A program made the translations under genes and the position numbers. Below, one piece after another: positions 38,648-51,796 of a stretch of 64,000 bases of DNA. Below the pieces are notes generated by a model. It saw only the letters and a program-made list of their open reading frames with translations, did no database searches and had not been told where the DNA came from. Every line of letters begins with the position of its first letter. The first letter of the stretch is position 1. Location: NCBI RefSeq assembly GCF_006345805.1, contig NC_042999.1:15562001-15626000 (forward strand), written 5' to 3'. The stretch comes from Octopus sinensis. Taxonomy: Eukaryota.

Positions 38648-38822
38648 TACTAAATATAAATAGCTAGAACATAAAGGTAAAAATTTCTATTGTGTGTTCC
38701 TGAAGATAACCAATTTTCAAGTTTATATAATGTAAACAGAACACGCTGTGAGAGAGATATGTTTTGTCAAATCAACAGGAATTATGATAAATACAGAATG
38801 GACTTTGAGAAAATATAACAAA

Positions 38823-39224
38823 CTAGCAGCATAGCCCAGCGTTGCCCGGGTATGTAAGAGCCCCTAGTAGGCAACGACTAATCCCAATCTAGTTCTTTCC
38901 CTCTAGGGAACGAAGGCGCATGTGTAGGTTGCAATGTCTTCTCTTCACTCGAATACTTCTATGTATACGATGTTCCTAGCTGTCTCCCGACAGAAAATGT
39001 GTTGCATATAAAAAGCTTAGATTCTCGACCCCATGTCGAATTTATCGATTTTTTTCAGAACTGGGGGGGAGCTTTTCAAAATGTTCGGTGTGTTAATTTT
39101 GAATTATGACATTGGGCTATGTGTGTGTCAAGTTTCATCAGAATCGGTTGAAAGCCGTGGTCAGGGTGAGGGTACAACCTGACAGCCACACAGACAGACA
39201 AACTGCCGTTTATATATAGAGAGA
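38823..39224 (-). mobile_element. Non-autonomous Helitron
   Basis: On the minus strand a|TCTCTCTATATATAAAC...cccgggcaacgctggg...CTAG|t. Confidence 0.85.
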
Positions 39225-39924
39225 TATTCAGATCATAAATGTGTCTGTTATTTAGATTATCTAAAATGCTATCTATAGAACCGACAAGGTAGCTTTTACA
39301 TGATTAGTCAACTTGGTACAAGTAGCAACCAATTTTCCTTGAAGACCCACCCAACCAGTCGGAGAAAGGAACGGACACATTGGTTAATGTAGTCTTACAA
39401 ATGCATACAATGATGGAATGGTTATAGCTGGAGTGTCTTTGAACATTGGCCAGATCAATCACAGCTGACCTGGGGCTAAATAACAACAACAAGAGCATCT
39501 ATGTTTCAAAGCTAAATGAAAGAAGTTTAGGGAAATGTTTCCTTTGTTAATAAAATATGGTTTCTTTTACTTTAGACAAAGCGAAGAATATGGTAAAGAA
39601 TCTGTCAGAAATATGTTTTACGACAGTGAAGTAGAAGACCAAGCAGAGAAATGATATATGAACTGCAAAATGCATAATGTAACAGTGAAAAGAACTGAGA
39701 GGAAAAGAATTTAAAATGGATTTTAGTATTATAGGAAGCATTCAAGAGGAATAACTGAATAAGAATAGCTGAATGATAAAGTTGCTCTAGAATAGAGGTT
39801 CTCAAACTTTTGAATCAATCAACCCTATCATGGACTTACAGAGCTTTTACTGACCCTGCAGTCACATGCACATACACAAATACACACATTCATCATTGTC
39901 ATCATCATTGTCATCTGTTTCATT

Positions 39925-40146
39925 ATTACCCACAAGGGGCTAAACATAGAGGAGACAAACAAGGACACACAAACGGATTAAGTCAATTATATCGACACCA
40001 GTGCGTAACTGGTACTTAATTTATCGACCCCGAAAGGATGAAAGGCAAAGTGGACCTTGGTAGAATTTGAACTCAGAACGTAGCAGCAGGCGAAATACTG
40101 CTGAGCATTTTGCCCGGCATGTTAACGTTTCTGCCAGCTCACCGCC
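39925..40146 (-). mobile_element. SINE family C
   Basis: Full unit match. Confidence 0.8.
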
Positions 40147-40734
40147 TGTCATCATCATCATCATTATCATCATCATTTTAATGTTCACTTTTGAAACAAG
40201 TCAGACGGAGCTTATTGAGATAGATTTTCTCCAGCTGAACACTCTTTCTCTTGCCAACTCTCACCTGTAAGGTAAAAAATTTCCTTATAACCAGACATGT
40301 TCTTGCAGAATTGTGGAAATGACTGACAGATTGCGTATGATAGCGACAACCATTTACAACCACCACATTGTCAAGACAAGGAGACACATACATACATAAA
40401 TCATCATCATCATCATCAAGTTGGATAGATGCACCAGGTTCCAGTCATCTGTTTTCACTTGGTTCATATTGCTGGATGCCCTTTCTAATGCTAACCATTT
40501 AACAAAGTGCACAAGGTGCCTTTTACATGGCACACCAGCACAGGTGATTTTTATGTGGCACCACCACAGGTGCTTTTTGATGGCTTTCTTTCAGTTTCTG
40601 TCTACCAAATCCACTCACAGGGCTTTGGTTCATCTGAGATAATAAGAGCTGAAATTTGCCAAAGGACTGAACCCAGAACCTTATGGTGGGGAAGCAAATT
40701 TCTTACCACACAGAGTGAAATAGTATAGCATTAT

Positions 40735-41148
40735 ATTTCTTTACTACCCACAAGGAGCTAAACACAAAGGGGACAAACAAGGACAGACAAAGGGGTTAAG
40801 TCGATTACATCGACCCCAGTGCATAACTGGTACTTATTTAATCGACCCCGAAAAGATGAAAGGCAAAGTTGACCTCAGCAGAATTTGAACTCAGAACATA
40901 ACAGCAGATGAAATACCTATTTCTCTACTACCCACAAGGGGCTAAACACAGAGAGGACAAACAAGAACAGACAAAGGGGTTAAGTTGATTACATCGACCC
41001 CAGTGCATAACTGGTACTTAATTTATCAACCCTGAAAGGATGAAAGGCAAAATCAACCTTAGCAGAATTTGAACTTAGAACATAACAGCAGATGAAATAC
41101 CGCTCAGCATTTCGTCCGGCAAGCTAACGTTTCTGCCAGCTCGTCACC
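40735..41148 (-). mobile_element. SINE family C (tandem) with a 20-bp flanking duplication
   Basis: cacagagtgaaatagtatag at 40709-40728 and 41159-41178. Confidence 0.8.
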
Positions 41149-42290
41149 TATACTATTTCACAGAGTGAAATAGTATAGTATTCTGTGATTTTAGTAGAGG
41201 GAATTCAAAAGTAGATATATGTGTGTACATTCATAAAATCAGTTCATTATCAGAGATAACCTATTTTAAACAATAAAAATTGTAAACAATATTTGAAAAG
41301 TCATTAAATTATCTTCTCTTTTGTTTTTTTTTTATATCAGCAATAAATTAATATATAGAAACATTTCAAATGTTAGCATTACTGATTGTTAGATTGTTAG
41401 AAATCAAAGGAAATTAATTCACCCTACAGTGTGTTTGAAAATATAGACAACCACATAAAGCATATTCAAAAGAAGCCATCGTTTATTTTTTTTACAATGT
41501 CATATATTTATCATTTGAAACATTGGTGGCTCATACTCTGTGGCTGATAAAAACTGATAATTGATTTATCTTAAGAATGCTAACATAGCAAAAATCCACT
41601 TTTAAATTTATTCCAGTAAACTTTGAGATTGCTAAATAAGCTAATTTTCCAGTAAACTCTCCTATCTTCTTTCTTTTTTTTTTTTTTTTTGTTGCTAATA
41701 TAATATGTTTTCGCTATTTCTAGCTTAATGATATCAAGAATAGAAAATATCTAAAGGAATATTCATATTCGCAGTGAAACTATAAACAAATATTTATACT
41801 TACAAGCAGAACTAATTCTATACAATAAATTTTAAAAAAACAAATACCTCAGTAGGCAGATAGGAAAAAAAGATTATGCAAGCTGCCTTAATAATGTAGG
41901 AGACAAACAAAAATCAGAAGAAATAAAAATAATTTTTTGTTAAAGAAGTTTACAGTGTTAATGAGATGGACCGTTAACAATAGCCTGAATATAGAAATAA
42001 AAATTTGTGACTTTGATTCTGAGGTCATTACATTCACCCAATATTTTGTCTGTGTCTTTGTTTACTTAGCATATATAGGAACTGACTCTAGAGTAATCTC
42101 CCTTCCTTCCTGTAGCCAGCACAAAAGCACACATATTGGATAATTGACAGAGTCTAAAGTTCTTGGATGCCTGTGGGTCCTCACTTCTATTTCTTATTTC
42201 TTATTTACTCAAAAAACATGGAAAAATACTGACAACCAGAATGATTTAATGTTAATCAAACTTCACTCCTGCTTCTAAAGAATGACTTCA

Positions 42291-42694
42291 CTACTCTTTT
42301 ACTTGTTTCAGTCATTTGACTGCGGCCATGCTGGAGCACCGCCTTTAGTCGAGCAAATCGACCCCAGGACTTATTCTTTGTAAGCCCAGTACTTATTCTA
42401 TTGGTCTCCTTTGCCGAACCGCTAAGTAACGGGGACATAAACACACCAGCATCGGTTGTCAAGCAATGCTAGGGAGACAAACACAGACACACTAACACAT
42501 ACATACATATATATATATATATATACATATTAGAGAGGCTTCTTTCTGTTTCCGTCTACCAAATCCACTCACAAGGCATTGGTCGGCCCAAGACTATAGC
42601 AGAAGAGACTTGCCCAAGATGCCACGCAGCGGAACTGAACCCGCAACCGTGTGGTTGGTTAGCAAGCTACTTACCACACATCCACTCCTGCACC
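42291..42694 (-). mobile_element. SINE family A, inserted in the Gypsy gag relic
   Basis: Full-length match. Confidence 0.85.
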
Positions 42695-43261
42695 TTGTAT
42701 AGAATTCTTTAAAACATCTTTGAAACAGTAAACATGAATGCATGTAATAGGCTTAATATGCTGGCAACCTTTATATTTACCAAAAGCACATGAATACATC
42801 ACAGATTGTACCTCATACAAGGATGGTGTTCAGAGATTGACAGCTTTATATATTAAAGCTAAGTATGAAATGTTTGCCAGACACCAACTAGCAACAAACT
42901 CTGAGTGAATTAATGAGTTTCTTCAGGCACTATGCCAATTGGCAAAGGACTGCAACTTTCTGACTCTTACTGCTGAAATATACTGCAATTAATCAAAGAG
43001 GAATACCTTTACTTCGTACCTAATATGTCAATAACTTCCAGAGGGTAGACTATTGACCAACTGATGCTTATGGTCAAGCTCAAGCTGAAGATCTGGCCTT
43101 GAACATTTAAGAATATAAAACTCATATCAACTTTACCAAATAATACCTTTAACAAACTGCATCAGTTACTCTAAAGAAGCTGTTACTTGTAAATCCACTG
43201 TAGCTGTTGTGGGTCCACAATCTAGAAAACAGTTGTGATTTTACTAAGGAAATATACATAA

Positions 43262-43399
43262 CACACATGGTTCTGGGTTCAGTCCCACTGTGTGGGACTT
43301 TGGGCAAGTGTCTACTACTACAGCCTTGGGCCAACCAAAGCCTTGTGAGTGGATTTGGTAGACAGAAACTGAAAGAAGCTCGTTGTATATATGTATTTA

Positions 43400-43445
<46 letters not shown>

Positions 43446-43570
43446 TAAATTAGAGATAAAACCACTATTAGGCAAATCAAACAATGAAAAACTTAAGCCA
43501 ATACATAAAATTAATTATCTGATTTTTCCCTGTAAGTTTGGATTTATTCCCTAATATTTTATTATTAATT

Positions 43571-43601
<31 letters not shown>

Positions 43602-43826
43602 GTGTGTGTATATGTTTGTGAGTCTGTGTTTGTCCCCCCAACATCGCTTGACAACTGTTGCAGGTGTGTTTATGTCCCCGTAACTTAGTGGTTTGGCAAA
43701 AGAGACCGATAGAATAAGTACTGGGCTTACAAAGAATAAGTCCTGGGGTCGATTTGATTCAACTAAAGGCGGTGCTCCAGCATGCCCACAGTCAAATGAC
43801 TGAAACAAGTCAAAAGAGTAAAAGAG
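43262..43826 (+). mobile_element. SINE family A with an insertion of about 125 bp in its (TA)n tract
   Basis: Head and tail match family A. Foreign AT-rich sequence at about 43445-43570. Confidence 0.8.
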
Positions 43827-44562
43827 ATGACACTGAAATATCGAAGTTGTGAGATAATGCATGATTAATTCAACACAATGTGAATAAATAAGCATTAAGA
43901 TTTAACAGAATAAGCTGAATGCTAAATGATTAAGTAATCTTGTTTAATGGCAAAATTTACTCTAATCATCTGGTAATGTTAGGAATGTTATCAACTGATG
44001 CTTTTCTTGTGCTGAAAGGATACCACAGTTTTATAAATCAACTAAAACTCTCTTGATTATAGCAAAAGTCCTTTCAAGTGTCTGAATATTGATTTTAAAG
44101 GCCCTCTGCCAACAAGCAATCAGAATTTATACTGGTTCACCATCAGAGATGATTAATCAAGGCATGCCTGCTCTTCGGTGTTATGCTCGTGTTTCTGATC
44201 ATATTGTTAAGAAATGCCATATAAACCTATTTGGAAAATCTTTGATATGCCAGCTTCCATTCATTCCGACAGGGGAAACCTCCTTGATATCAGCAGAATT
44301 AAAAGCTTCCTGCACAGTTGAGGAGATGCTACAAGTCAAGGAGAAATGCACAGGTAGAGCGATACAAATGGTATCATATGGAAACTAATTAATCTCACTC
44401 TGAAATCCAAGAAGTTGTCACCCTCAAGAATTGGGAAGTTGTCTAACGAGATGTTCTTCACTCAATTCATTCCTTGATGTATACTGCAATACCAGAAACA
44501 TGTTCTTTTTTTTTTTTTTTTTGATATATATATATATATAGTTTTCAGCATCATTCAATTCT

Positions 44563-44597
44563 TGGTCAATTGAACCCAAGTAGGGTTCAATTGACCA
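44563..44597. repeat. 15-bp perfect inverted repeat
   Basis: tggtcaattgaaccc-aagta-gggttcaattgacca. Confidence 0.75.
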
Positions 44598-44719
44598 CAG
44601 AAAGTTCTCTCATCCACAGAAAGTGTTAATCAAAAAGTGTTAATCAAAAAAGCATGTGTGCTACAGTAAATTTGACCCAAGATAAATAAACACACACACA
44701 CACGCACACACACACTTAT

Positions 44720-44894
44720 GTCATCATCATCATCATCATCATGACCATCATGACCGTCATTATCATCATCATCGTCATCATCATCATCACTACCATCATT
44801 ATCATTATGATGATGATGATGATCATCATCATCATCATCATCAACAACAACAGCAACAGCAACAACAACAACAACAATAATAATAATAATAATA

Positions 44895-44928
<34 letters not shown>
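44720..44928. repeat. Compound trinucleotide microsatellite (CAT/GAT/CAA/TAA)
   Basis: Consecutive triplet tracts. Confidence 0.9.
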
Positions 44929-45828
44929 TTATTGTTCACTTTTTCATGCTTGCATGGCTCAGCTGAAACTTCACGGAGGTGAATTCTTCTACAGCCGAAT
45001 ACCATTTCTGTCATTAACCCTCACATCTTTTCAAGCAAGGTAATAATAATTCCCAGTTTGTCAAACAATGAAAAACCCAGACATGCTTTTGTTAAGGATT
45101 GCAAACAACTGATGATGTATAAATGTAAAATGGCTAGTTTTACAATCAGCATGCACACATCAAAACAAGGAGAATACAATATCACACTCCACTTATATAT
45201 ATATATGATGGACATCTTCCTGCTTTTGTTTCCCAAATTTCACTCACATATTATAGGTTTACTCATGGATGTAGTCCAAGAAGTAAAAGTAAATCCTGAA
45301 TCAAGCGGTTCCAAATTGCACATTTTAACCAAACAACCATATTTGCGCTTTTATATGAATGTGTAGCATGTGTGGCAGGGTGCATAAAATGTATTCATAC
45401 ACACACATATACACACATAAATACACACATACAGATTTGTATACATGTGTACATGCACAAACACTCATACATCATTATCATCTTTTAACGTCTGTTGTCC
45501 ATGCTGGCATGGGTTGGATGGTTTGACCAGGGCTGGTAAGCTGAGGGGCTGCACCAGACTCCAGTCTGATTTGGCATGCTTTCTATGACTGGATACCCTT
45601 CCCAATGCCAACCACTCTGAGAGAGTAAATTAACATACATTCACAAATCAACAAGTGTGACATTAAAATAACTAAATTTTGATTTGATTCATATTAGGGA
45701 TCTTGACTTCCAGCAAAAGGCATCTGATTTGGCAATTGAGAAAGTTATGAAACAAATTAATTCTGCTTATTAAATATACCTTAGGAAAAAACCTTAGGAA
45801 TGAGAACCCAGGTTCAAAATTCCACCAT

Positions 45829-45947
45829 GCTTACGGTCATATCACGTTGAAAGCAACGGTTCTCATCTGATCACTGAAGTTAAGCAATGTTGAGCCTAGT
45901 TAGTACTTAGATGGACGACCACTTGGGAAACCTAGGTGCTGTAAGCA
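45829..45947 (+). pseudogene. 5S rRNA-derived sequence (pseudogene or SINE head)
   Basis: gcttacggtcatatcacgttgaaagc...gatcactgaagttaagcaa...ttagtacttagatgg...ggtgctgtaagc follows the metazoan 5S consensus over about 119 nt with several substitutions. Single copy, not in an array. Confidence 0.85.
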
Positions 45948-47877
45948 TCACACATTTTAATGGCGGTGCATCAGCATGGCCGCAGCTCTGAGCTGAAGCT
46001 ACAGAAAAAAATATATATATATTTGTTCTATCCAAAACAAAAAATCTTATGTGATTGAAGGAAATTATGAATATCTGCTCTATTACAATTGTATCTTCAT
46101 GACATGACAAAACAGTTAAATTATGAAAATTACAAAAATACCATGTTGCATTTGTACCTTCAAGATACAGGAGGGCTGCTCTATATTTGGCAATTTTGAA
46201 GTTACAAATCTTTAGATGACAAGCTACTTAAACTTTAAACATTTAAAGCTAAAACTTTTTCAAACTTGAACTTTATAAAACTCTTGAATTTTATCAATCC
46301 CTGCCTCCTGTTGACCTTTAACCATTTTCCAACCTCTCAGCACATTTCTATTGATCCCTAGAGGTCTACATGAATCACTTTGGGAACTACTTTAGACTGC
46401 TTGGTTCAAAAGGTAGTACCAAATAGCAGATTGATTAATGAGATGCCAGAAATAGAGTTACATTAAGCTTTAAATCCAGTCAACCCAAGAATAAGACAAA
46501 AGACAAAATAGAGAAATGCAATTCTCAAGACTTTTATAACCCTTGTCAGCTAAAGAAATGGGTATTAAATTAGTGCTTTTTAAGGTTAGGATCAGTATTT
46601 CTCAAGATAATATAAAGTTAGAGATAAATTCAGCATACGATAACTTATTGATTTAGCAACATAAAGTTTTTCTCATAGATATACAAAGTTAGATATTTCC
46701 TTGGTGGGTATTATTTATAGATTATTCTTTTCAAGTTGAGGCTGCTTCAAAATAAAACTGTTTTAAGTGATAACTTGAAATATGATTCCATAAAAATATA
46801 AGTATAGTATACAATATATTTTTGTTTTGAACCAATTGCAGATAGTGATTCACAGTAAGTATTGTAGCTTATGCAGAATCTGTCTCCAGAGGCTATTTCT
46901 ACACTTGGAGTTAATATAGATGCATCTGCTGAAATAGCGACTGAAATTCCAATTCCATTTATGAAAAAAAATATGGTCAGATTTTGATCTGAAATTTCTT
47001 TGAAAGTAATTTTATTTACATTCATATTTCCCATAAGAGTACATGTGAAAAGGATGATCTCATCCTTAGAGTGATAAAGTTGATTTTTTTTAATCTTTGA
47101 AGTTTAAAATAGTAAATATTTTTCAGAAAATATTTCTCATAGATGACTATTTTTTTGTATATACTGCAAAAGGATTTCATCAAATCTACTTTCATAAGAA
47201 TTTATGCTTAGATAATTTTATAGATAAAGGTTTCCAGTGAGAATACTAGAACTACTCAACCCTAAATAAAATTGGAATTTTGCAGAATGAACTAAATATG
47301 TCAAAGAATTTTACCTGATTCTTTATCATCGCAGTAAACACTACTAACCATTTAACTTTGTAATCAAAGTTGAATTATAATACACATCAACGTAAACTCC
47401 ACTTGTTTGAGTGTTATCTCATCCTTTGAGATTGTCCTCAATGTCTTGGGCCTACGTAAACAATGAAATATCACCATCACCACCACTGCCACTGCTACTG
47501 CCATCATCATCATCATCATCATCATTATTATTCAAAAGTTACTACTTGTTAATTCTGAGGTTTGGTGACAACAACCTCCCTGAAATCTCAAGTATCTTTC
47601 TTAGGATTTTTGCGGAATACAGGGTGAAATTTTCCTGAAATACATGTCTCAAATTTAATAACCTTCATCCTCATAGGTTGCCAAATGTGCTAATTACCAC
47701 AAGGACTATTGTCATCCTTAAGCCAATAATCTTACAATGCCTATTCTTTAAGCCTTGTATAGAAATAACTGGTCTACTCGTTCCAGTAATATGATCAATC
47801 TTCAAGGAGAAATCTCATAGACCCTGATGCTTAATATTCCCTAGTCACAGCCTCTGACTTGTGTTCATGCTAATTAT

Positions 47878-48082
47878 TGAGGTCGTTGCCAGTACCGCCC
47901 TACTGGCCCCGTGCTGGTGGCACGTAAAAGCACCCACTACACTCTCAGAGTGGTTGACGTTAGGAAGGGCATCCAGCTGTAGAAACTCTTCCAGATCAAG
48001 ATTGAAGCCTGGTTCAGCCATCTGGTTCACCAGCCCTCAGTCAAATCGTCGAACCCATGCTAGCATGGAAAGCGGATGATGA
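47878..48082 (+). mobile_element. SINE family B
   Basis: Same core and tail. Confidence 0.8.
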
Positions 48083-48664
48083 TAAATTTTTTCTCTCTTT
48101 CATTTTTGTCCCAACTCAATAATCCAATGCTGGCTTTATTTCTTCCTCCCACATTTCCAACTCTGATTATCTTTATTCCATCATTCTTGGTATGGTTCAC
48201 TTGTCCCATCTATGCACCACAAGTGACTTTAGTTTCCTCATATTTTTTGAGAGGAAGGTAGTAATTTCAATATCACAATGAGGAATGACAAGACAAAGAC
48301 TTGCAACTGGCAGTCATACAATGTAACAAATGAACACAGTTGGGCAGTCAGCATCTAAATTGACAACTCCACTGAGCACACTTGGTAGAGTTAACTGTTA
48401 ATTGATCACTCTACAGGAGGGAAAACAAAACCTTTCAAAATGGTGGTGAACTCAGGAGAGTCAAAAGCCATCCAAAATAGTGGATCTATATTAATTTTAT
48501 TACTATTGCCATTTGAAAAAATTACAAGATTTGTCAACTATCAGTGTTTTCGTAATCAATTTGAAAAAATCCACTGCATGGGTGATTAGCCCATTCAACT
48601 TCATCAGTTTTACCTGTTTCCATTTCTCACGATGAGGATGAGGGTTTGGGCTTGTTTTGATTAG

Positions 48665-48915
48665 GGAGAAAATATTTAAGAAAAAGTGGAAGTGGATTGG
48701 TAGCACAATTAGAAAAGACACAGCAAATGTAGCGAAAAGTGCTTTACAGTGGAATCCGTATGGATATAGAAGGAGAGGTAGGCCTAAGAACTTGTGGTGT
48801 AGATCACACAAAAGGAACTAGAGAAAGCGGGACATTCATGGCAGAAGCGAAAAATTATGTGACATGAAATTCAATTATAAGTGGCCTATACTCCGTGTTG
48901 GAAGGTTAAAGGCAG
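48665..48915 (+). mobile_element. RTE-clade LINE 3' fragment
   Basis: KKKWKWIG...ALQWNPYGYRRRGRPK. Confidence 0.7.
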
Positions 48916-50569
48916 TAAAAAAAAAAAAAACTATTGTCATTAGGAAGGGGTCAATGTAATTGACTAGTCCCCTTCTACAAAATTTCAGGCCTTGTTCTTA
49001 TAGTAGAAAGGATTACTGTTGTTATTATTATTTAGAGAAACAGAGAGCATTACATGCTATCAAAGTAATGCTGGAGTGCAAATGTTCGAAGCCTAGTATA
49101 CCTGTCAGAACTACCCATCTGATAAGAGTACATCAGGCACAACCACAAGTACATGACATTATGATCTCATATCAAGATAAACAGCACGAGGGCTTGTAGA
49201 TGGGGCCCAGTTAGAATTTTCTTCAGGTCGAGCAGTCGATCCCACTCAAAAGGTCCTTGAATAAAGGTTGTTTAAAGATGATGAATGAAACACCCACATT
49301 ATCCAGGGGTGAATTATTTAAACACCAAAGAATCCTCTCAGCATATGGCTATGATGCTCCCCTACTACTCCAGCTCATGAGCAGAGATGCACATATCGTC
49401 AGCCACTAAGGGACATGTTCAACTGGTTAAGGTCAAACAACTGACAAGTAAATCTGTGGTATGGAGCAGAATATTTGCTGTAGCCCATCTTTAGTCAGAT
49501 TTTGATTATTTAAATTATTCATAAATTTTGTTTTCATCTCTCTCTAATAAATGACACCAAGTTATAAGTGTAAACTGATAGCAAATACATATTGTCAGTG
49601 GTTAATGCCCACAATGCCAGAGACAGAACATGAGTTTGGTTATAAATTCTCTGATACATCATATCATCCATGGGTTGGCTACATGTGACTTGATACATGC
49701 AACCAGTGGTTATAAGCAGTTCACCTTAATACAATAAGTTTCTTTCTGTCATATCTTAGATTATATGATTCCTTTCTTCAACATTTTGATCAACTGAGAC
49801 ATGTAAAATCAGTCATATCGCTCAAATACAAATGAAATACTTGCAGCAGATTTAAACTCAACATTTATATCTTGGTTACCCAACCAGAAATTTAACAACT
49901 AACAGTGGAGAAAAACAACAACAAATATTACATTCTTCAAGGTTTGATAAATATACTAAAATTAGTCTTCTAAATAAAATAGTTGTTGAATATCAAAGTA
50001 TCTACAATATCTTTATCTACCTTTGATTCAAGGTTTTTCCATTTTCCTTGTACACTAGATTACCCTAAGCTCATTGAGTTATATGCTTTCTATTGTATAA
50101 GACGTATGATTGAAGGTTAGAAGGGAAAAATGATCTTTCCATATTCATATAAATTCTTTGAAGCCTTTTTATCTGTATCAATTGTATACTTACAAGAATT
50201 ATTTTATGGACTTGACAACAGTGAAGAAAATACACGAGGATATTTATTGAGTGAAAAAAAAATATCTTTAACGTATAGATATTCTTTTTCATGCATTACT
50301 TACATGTTTACAATTCTTTGTATACCAATACACATTATATACATCATCTAGTCTTTTTAGTTGTCTGTGTTTTAACACAAAAAATATATAAACCAACATG
50401 ATATCTTCAAATTGTTTGGTTATATTTTTGTATACATTCAAAGTTATTAGGCAAAAATGGCGAAGTGGCAGAGTCATTAGAGTATTGTATGAAATATCTA
50501 ACAGTATATATTCTACCTTCTTGCATAGCGAGTTCAAATTCTGCAGAGACCAACTTTGTGTGCAATCCT

Positions 50570-51093
50570 TTCGACTTATTTTAGAACATAGTTGAGTCCA
50601 TAAAATAGGATTTGACTACAACTCCATTTAGAGCACAGTTTAAGCTATCTTTATGTGGAAAAAGGTTTATGCTCCTAGAACCTGTGTTAATTCTGTAACC
50701 CTTTAAAATGGAAGATAATGAAGTTCATTTTTGGCACTTGATGCTTTGGGAAACAGACAAAAATTGCTGCAGCTCAGCTGAGATGTGTTACCCCACCAAC
50801 CATATTCACCAGATATTACTCCTTCGGATTTCCACTTATTAGGGTCTCTGCAGAATAGTCTTAATGGTAAAAATTTCAATTCCTTAGATGACGTAAAAAG
50901 ATACCTTGATGAATTCTTTGCCATGAAACCACCTCAATTCTGGGAAGAGGGTATTTTCAAGTTAAAGGAAAGATAGAGATGCATTGTGCAACAAAATGGT
51001 TCATATTTTGTTGATTAAAAATGTAATGGCAAGTATTTATTGACCTTTTTCTTTCCTTTAAAAATCGGCACAAACTTTCCGGATAACACAATA
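50570..51093 (+). mobile_element. Internally deleted mariner transposon
   Basis: N-terminal MEDNEVHF.HLML (50708) fused to HQPYSPDITPSDFHL...FWEEGIFKLKER. Right TIR ...ttccggataacacaa|ta. Left TIR not found. Confidence 0.85.
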
Positions 51094-51396
51094 GTTTGAA
51101 TTCTAGGATACTCAGATACTCAGTTTCTATAGGATATAAGTTATCAAGATCAACATTCCCTTTGAACGTGATGTTAGTTCATTATAAGGTTACTCATTTA
51201 CTGCCAAGTAAACTGGAGCAAGGTGAAATGAAGTGTTTTGCTTAAGATCACAATGTGCTGCCTGGTCTGGGAATGAAAACCATGATCTTACAATCATGAG
51301 CACAACACTTAGCCACCAGGACACATGCCTTTACCCACCAAAAGCCATTAGTTTCAGCAGCCCTAATAAAGGCCATGAACATTGAATTTCTTTATA

Positions 51397-51628
51397 CCTA
51401 TTTCTTTACTACCCACAAGGAGCTAAACACAGAGAGGACAAACAAGGACAGACAAATGGATTAAGTCGATTACATCGACCCTAGTGCATAACTGGTACTT
51501 AATTTATCGACCCCGAAAGGATGAAAGGCAAAGTTGACCTCGGCGGAATTTGAACTCAGAACGTAGCGGCAGACGAAATACCGCTAAGCATTTCGTCCGG
51601 TGTGCTAACGATTCTGCCAGCTCGCTGC
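51397..51628 (-). mobile_element. SINE family C
   Basis: Full unit match. Confidence 0.85.
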
Positions 51629-51796
51629 CACGTGATAAACGGGGAATATAATGGGATACAGTTGCATCACAGGATCAATAAATATTGAAACCATGCCGAG
51701 TAAATATTCTAAATGTAAGAAAGACAGTAATACAGTTAATGAAATATTATCTAATTATGTAAGGGAAGTATGAATTAAAAAATAGTGACTACTTAC

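Larger units (their letters stand above)
42218..44500 (+). mobile_element. Decayed Gypsy relic (gag and integrase) related to the 19601-22890 element, with nested SINEs
   Basis: MEKY*QPE*FNV start and YIKAKYEMFARHQLAT...LAKDCNF (gag). CFSCAE, PFKCLNIDFKGPLP, MPASIHSDRG and QVERY (integrase). No RT was seen between them. Confidence 0.75.

Noticed and set aside
44089-44388. 99-aa ORF as a host gene
   Set aside because: Mostly an alternative reading through a frameshifted Gypsy integrase relic.
45829-45947. Functional 5S rRNA gene
   Set aside because: Isolated copy with multiple substitutions including the C-box region, and fused to a retroposon tail.
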